From Candidatus Omnitrophota bacterium (GTDB taxonomy: Bacteria > Omnitrophota > Gorgyraeia > Duberdicusellales > 4484-171), in the NCBI GenBank assembly GCA_021735655.1, contig JAIPGM010000001.1, forward strand, positions 160,001-224,000: a stretch of DNA of 64,000 bases, in the 5' to 3' direction. Made by a program: the position numbers and the translations under genes. The notes below the pieces were generated by a model. The model saw only the letters and a program-made list of their open reading frames with translations. It was not told the origin of the DNA and searched no databases. Shown piece after piece: positions 25,001 to 31,000 of the stretch (positions within the stretch are counted from its first letter, which is position 1; every line of letters starts with the position of its first letter).

Positions 25001-28000
25001 CTTCGGAGGTAAACCCTTTTTCCAATATAACAATGTTTTCCCGGCCATCGGGTAGCCTAATTGACACTTGGCAGTTAGCGCCTTGCGGGGACCGCGTCCA
25101 CGTAGTGGCCATGCAGCATGTTACCAGAGATAAGATTGATGCTTTTGTCCAAGAGTTAACTAGGGATATGCAGCAAGGGCAGATAGAACTAGCTAGTTCT
25201 ATGCAGCCTCTTGATAATGGTAGACGGCGCAAAGCATCGCTAGTGCCAGAGGTAGGCCTTGATGAATTAGTTGAAAAACATTTAGGAAACTTGAAGTTGA
25301 TATCTTCTGAGTATGGAAAAAGCGTAGGCATGTTATCTACTATTTTAAGACGACCAGACAATGAGAGCCTTCAACAAAGAGCAGAGGAGTTGAGGAAGAT
25401 TGGTCCTGGCCGTCTGGCCTTAGCAGCTGACTTAGGCGAATTCGGAGTAGATAGTTTGAAAATTGGTCAGAAGTATGGCGTTGGCCGAAGAACAGCGGCT
25501 AGTTGGCTTGTTAATAATGGATTTGGCGATAGGGTTAATAGCGCTAGATATAGTCGAAGTAGAACATTAAGACGTCAAAAAATAGCTCAGGAATATGAGC
25601 CGATTGCTCGCTTATTAGATGGTGAAGGCAATCTTTTACAGACATTTTATACCCATATTTCTTGGAAAGAGGTATCTGCTTATCCTTTCGCTGTTTTAGA
25701 TGAATTAGAAATCCAAGCTACCGAAGTTTTAAGTTATGGTGGTAAGCAATGGGGTCAGTTTAAGGGGCATGCTGGCCATAGAGCTCGGATAACATTGGAG
25801 TGGGGCTATCCAATAGAAGTTGCTATGTCTAGCAAAAGAGGAGTTGATCAAGGTAGCTATAGAGCCATGCAGCTTAGGACCTATCAGTCAACTCTTTTTG
25901 ATAGAGAGGGGGAACTCTTAGATACTGCTTTTTTCGTTTTTGGTTACGATGAAGATTTATGTCGGGGAACAACAAAAGTTGTTAACTATCAATTAACCAA
26001 GGCTGGAAGAATTAGTATTTTTGGTGATGAACAAATACAGCTAATAAAACATAAACAAGCCTGGGCTAATTTAGTTGCAGTGGATGGAAAGGTGGTCAGG
26101 GCTACCATTCTTGATAGAGAGGGCGGGAATGAGGTTATTACTTATAATTTTTCTCGAGTGTATGATGAAAACAACCGAGTAATTTACACTTTTACTGGAG
26201 GTTTAGAGTTTAAGCAAAGCAGTGTGCCGCCTGCGTTGTTGAAATCTTTAGCTAGAGGAAGAATTGAAGGTATTTACCTAAAAGGTGGTCGTGGCAACTT
26301 AACTATTGGCGGCAGAACTTGGGTTGTTTTAAGTGACTATAAAAATTATCCATGTAGGGCTTATATTGAAGAAGGGCTTGTGGTCAGAGTAGAGGTTTTA
26401 GGTGAAGAAGGAGAGGCTGTTTTTACCAAGCATTCTCACCGCCTTTATGATAGAGAAGATAACTTTGTCGAAGTATTTTATGATTCTATTTCACCAGAGC
26501 GACTTAACCAGGTTGGTTTGTGTCGTAGCAGTCCACTTATTGTGACTCCTTCAGGAGAGTTATGCTTATCTGGAAATCGTTATACTTTTGAAAATGAAGG
26601 CGGCTCTAAGGCTATTGTTTGGATTGAACCCGGAGTTAAGTTCACCAGAAATAGAAAGCCGGATGGTAAAGCAGTTAGAATTGATTTTTATGATCAATAT
26701 ATGCATTATAAGCATACCCGTTATGCAGTCAGAATCTATGAAGATGAAGGAGTTTTAATTGATACTTTTTTTGGTCCAGGATATGCTGAGAAGCTAAAGA
26801 TTTTTGGTGATGTAATTGGCTTTGCTCAACTCGATACGTTAGGTTCTCTTAATATTGGCTACACAACCCATACCTTTACTAAATATGGTGACCCTCGACA
26901 TTTTGTTAGATTTAGTCTACACCAGGCTCAAGTTCTGGATGTAGATGTTCTTGGCCATGACTATTGTCATATCGATAGAGTTGGCTTTGACGCTTGGCCT
27001 GATATGGCTATCGATCACTTTGAAATGGCCCGAATTGTTGATGAGCAGGATCAGCTATTACACACTTTTTGGTACGGTGTTTATTCAGAACGGATTCCCA
27101 ATAGAGGTAGAGCTAGAATTTTAGGGGCGACTTTTACTGCCGGAGGTCACCTGCGACTTGGTAACGAAGATGTTTATCATGATGCGAACTTTCCCGAAGC
27201 TAGAGTAAATGTTACTTATATTGACGGAGAAGTAAGTGAGATATTAATTTATCAGGATGCTCAAGGCAACTCAGTAAATTATCATTATACTAAAAAGCAG
27301 ATAGATAATTATAAGCGCAGAGTGCAATATTATAATCTGCGCGGTCATGTATTCGAGCATGCTTTAAGAGTTGCCTTACCTTTTTTAAGCGACTGCCCTT
27401 TTGATTATCAAAAGCGCATTGGTGGTGAAGTTGATGGGTGGGTTGATGGTGAAGCTGAACCAAAGCCAGCTGATTCCAGATCACTTAAACGTCCAGATTT
27501 TACTAGTCCTTTTAGCTGGGCAATGAGTGAAGGGGTATTGTGCTATATTGATGCTAAATTCAATCTTAGAATTAAGTTTTTAATAGAATATCTAGAGGCA
27601 ATTAAAGAGACTTTAAGAACTGATTATTTTACTGATTGTGATGCCCCAGTTGAAACACATTTTGTAGGAAGAGTTATATTTGAGATAGTTTATTTAGGCA
27701 GAGTAAGTGAAGCTAATGTAGAGGCAAAGTTAGCTGGTCATCAGAGAAATTTTTCAGCTACCAATTCTGAGATGCTCACCTTGAAACCAGTTAGCTTTCT
27801 TGATGAGTACGGAGATAGGCTTAAGACCGCTGGTCAGGATACTTTAGTAAGGTTTCTGAGACATCTGAGAGTTTTTCATTATAAGCCAGGTCGCAAGAAA
27901 GCCTTAGATAGCTATTTAGCCCAATTAGAACAGGATAAAATTCCCGAGATAGCCGATGAGCAGACTAATCTTTTTTCAAGGCCGCTGGATAATGGCCGAG

Positions 28001-31000
28001 AAAGATTATTGGTTAGTAGCGGTAATAGTCATTTAAAAAGTTTTCGTGAGGCGAAAGGTTTATTAGCAAAATTAAAATGTACAGACATTTTTGGGGTTGT
28101 CATGGGTTATCGCGCTGCCTTAGCTGATAGAGATAATTATCAGAGAGTATTTGCTCGTGATTCTGTTTGGATGGGGTTAGCCGAAATGCTTTCCGGCTGT
28201 AAAGGTAGTTTAGCTTTAACATTAAGCGTATTAAAACATCATCAATGTCGGTACGGACAGAGACGCGGGGCTATTCCGAGTAACATTTCAAGGTATCATC
28301 GGGTAAGTTATGGGACAACTAGCCCAAGAATTGATCCAACCCTTCTTTATATTGTTAGTTCTGGCCAATATTATCGGTCCAGACCAGCCTATTTTCAAAA
28401 ACAGTTTCTCGTTGAAAATTTATCGCCGCTACAAAAAGCTATAGCATATTTAGAAAGACAATGGGTTATGGATAACGGTTTATTGTTTATTCCGATTGCC
28501 GGAGATTGGGCTGATGAATATTTTCAACAAGGCCTTGTTTTGTATGATGAAGTTTTATGGTATATGGCACTTTCAGAGTATGCCTACCTTTTAGCTGAAG
28601 ATAATAATTCTAATTCAGAAGTTTATCAAGCTAAGGCTGCTTGGGTAAAGAATATAGTCAGATCCAAATTTTGGATAAATAAAAATCCCGGTCAAGGCAA
28701 TTTGGGGCATTTCCGTCATTTTTTCAATCAATTACAAAGCCCGAATCAGGCAGCGACATTTGGCTGTCCCTATGATAGCTTTGATGCTTTTGGTAATATT
28801 TTGGCAATTCTTTCCGGCGTGGCTACAGAGGAGCAAACTGCTCAGATAATTAAATATATTGATGTAATTTCAGAAAATAATCAGCCATTACTGGTGCCGG
28901 CACATTATCCGGCAGAAGAAGTTGAACATTTTGTTCACACAGGTGCTCCGTATCGGTATCAATTTAAGAATAATCCCGGGTGTTATCATAATGCTGGTTT
29001 ATGGTCATGGTATACAGGTTTATATGTTGCGGCATTAGTGAAAGCCGGCCGATTAGACCGGGCGGCTAAATTTTTAGAAGGGGTACAGCTAGCCAATGAA
29101 GCTAAGGACTCAAATGGCCGGGGGTATCATGAGTACCATACTAATATTCCCGGTCAATTGAGTAGGCCGGGTGGAGTTAGCAATTTAGGTGTCAGCGCTG
29201 CTGGTTATATAATAGCTCACCAAGCATTTTTTAAAAATAAGATTGTTTTTGGTCAGAATCATCCTTTAGACAACGGCCGTCAGATGCCTGATTATTTTTC
29301 TCCGGTTGGAGACGTCAATGTAACTCTTAATAGTTCTTCAGAAAAAGCCCCCCTTGATAACGGAAGAAATTATTCCAGTTCGCCAATATTTCAAGAGACA
29401 ACCTTTACCTATTGGTTAAGAGTGAGTTTATATTTATTAAGATTTTTGCTTAGTGCACCTTATTATTTTATTATTACTTTAGTTGTATCAAGAATGATGA
29501 AAGGAAAAAACATTTTATTTGTATCTTACCGTATTAATGAATTTGCTTTAGATGGAGTATCTTTAGAAATAAAAGAGTGGCGAAATCTTTTATATCGATT
29601 GGGCGCACATATTTTTCTATTTTCTGGTCATAGCAAAATTGTTCAGGATGGAAGTATCACCGGTCAGGCTCCGGATTGCATTGAGAGTGATTTTCTTGCT
29701 GAACAGGCAACAAAAATAAGAGAGAAGATTGAAAGAGAGGGAAAGCTAGATGCTGAAGATTTTGAATTAATTCATAGAGCAAAAGAGATAATTAAACGCA
29801 ATCTGCGTAAGTGTATCTTGGAAAATAATATTCACTACATTGTTTCGGAAAATGTATTTTGTCTACCGGGAAACCTCGCTCTTGCCGAGGCACTTATAGA
29901 ACTTGCCGAAGAGTTTCCTCGGTTAGGTTTTATTTCTCATAACCATGATTTTTGGTGGGAACGATCCCGCTATTCAAAACATATTCGCACTGATTGTGCT
30001 AGTTACTTAGATAACCTTCATAATCGAATCCGTCGCCAAACAGTCGTTGTTATAAATCAAGGCCAGTTGAGAAATATTTCAGATCATCTCGATGCTGGTT
30101 TGCACAAAGTATTTATTGTTCCGAACGTAAGAGATTTTTCCCGAAAGCCAAAAGTAGATCATTCGTGCGTAGCTAGGCTTAAGACTTATCTAAGACAGAG
30201 GCACGGGATTACTGAAGATTGCCATGTATTTTTAGCACCGGTAAGGCCCGTTTATCGAAAGAATTTAGAACATGCTATTGATGGTTTGGCTAAAGTTCAG
30301 GAAGAAATGGGGGAACCTTTGCTATTTGTTGTAAGCCATAGCGCCCAAGATTCTCAACCAGGTTACGTTGACCAACTAAGAGCTCGGGCTGAAAGCCAGG
30401 GTCTTAAATTTGTTTATCTGGGTGAAGAAGTGCTTTCCGGTCAGTTTAGCTTAGAGACGATATATGCTTTTTGTGATATGGTCATTGTTACTTCTACCTG
30501 GGAGGGTTGGGGTAATGCCACGCTTGAAGCATTTTATTACCAGAGACCAGTTATTGTCTGGCCGTACCAGGCTTACCAAACCGAGATAAAGCCTGTAGGG
30601 CTAAGTTGCTTAGAGGCGCCTGAATTTTCTTCTGAGGTCATTACTTCGATAATTACGGTTTTACGATTTACTTGGTTGAGAAAAAGAATTGCTAGAGGGA
30701 ATTATTGGTTAGCTAAATTACATTTTTCTTACCGAAGGCTTACAAGAGTATTTTTTAAAGTATTTAATAATTTAGAATCTGCCGAAACCAAAACACAACA
30801 ATTTCCGCTTGATAATGGTAAAAAGGGTGAGGGTTCTAAACCAAAACAAAAATTATCTCCTTTCGAGAGATTTAAACAAGACATAGACGAGCTTCTTAGC
30901 AATCCCCAAATCAGGCAAGTAAGCGTAGACAGTATTCTTCAATTTTACGGCCCACGGCTGAAACGCGATGTTGTTGAGGCCCATCTTAAAAGTAAGGGTT

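Noticed and set aside
903-27484. Numerous 60-128-aa ORFs on the minus strand inside the giant ORF (for example 903-1112, 2367-2654, 18463-18828, 24975-25361, 27290-27484)
   Set aside because: They lie antisense within a strongly constrained 31-kb coding frame. They have no start context and low-complexity translations. They are the usual shadow ORFs.
1036-30822. The PLDNG sites as a DNA-level repeat family, CRISPR-like array or assembly artefact
   Set aside because: Spacing is irregular, from 21 nt to 2.4 kb. The copies differ at nearly every synonymous position, and the flanks are unrelated. Only the encoded peptide is conserved.
1036-30822. The motif as an intein boundary, a 2A-like stop-go site, a bacterial N-glycosylation sequon or an EF-hand/dockerin calcium loop
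   Set aside because: There is no His-Asn followed by Cys/Ser/Thr and no intein blocks. It is not D-x-E-x-N-P-G-P. A sequon needs Ser/Thr at +2, whereas here it is Lys/Arg. D-N-G is too short for a 12-residue EF-hand loop and lacks the later acidic positions.
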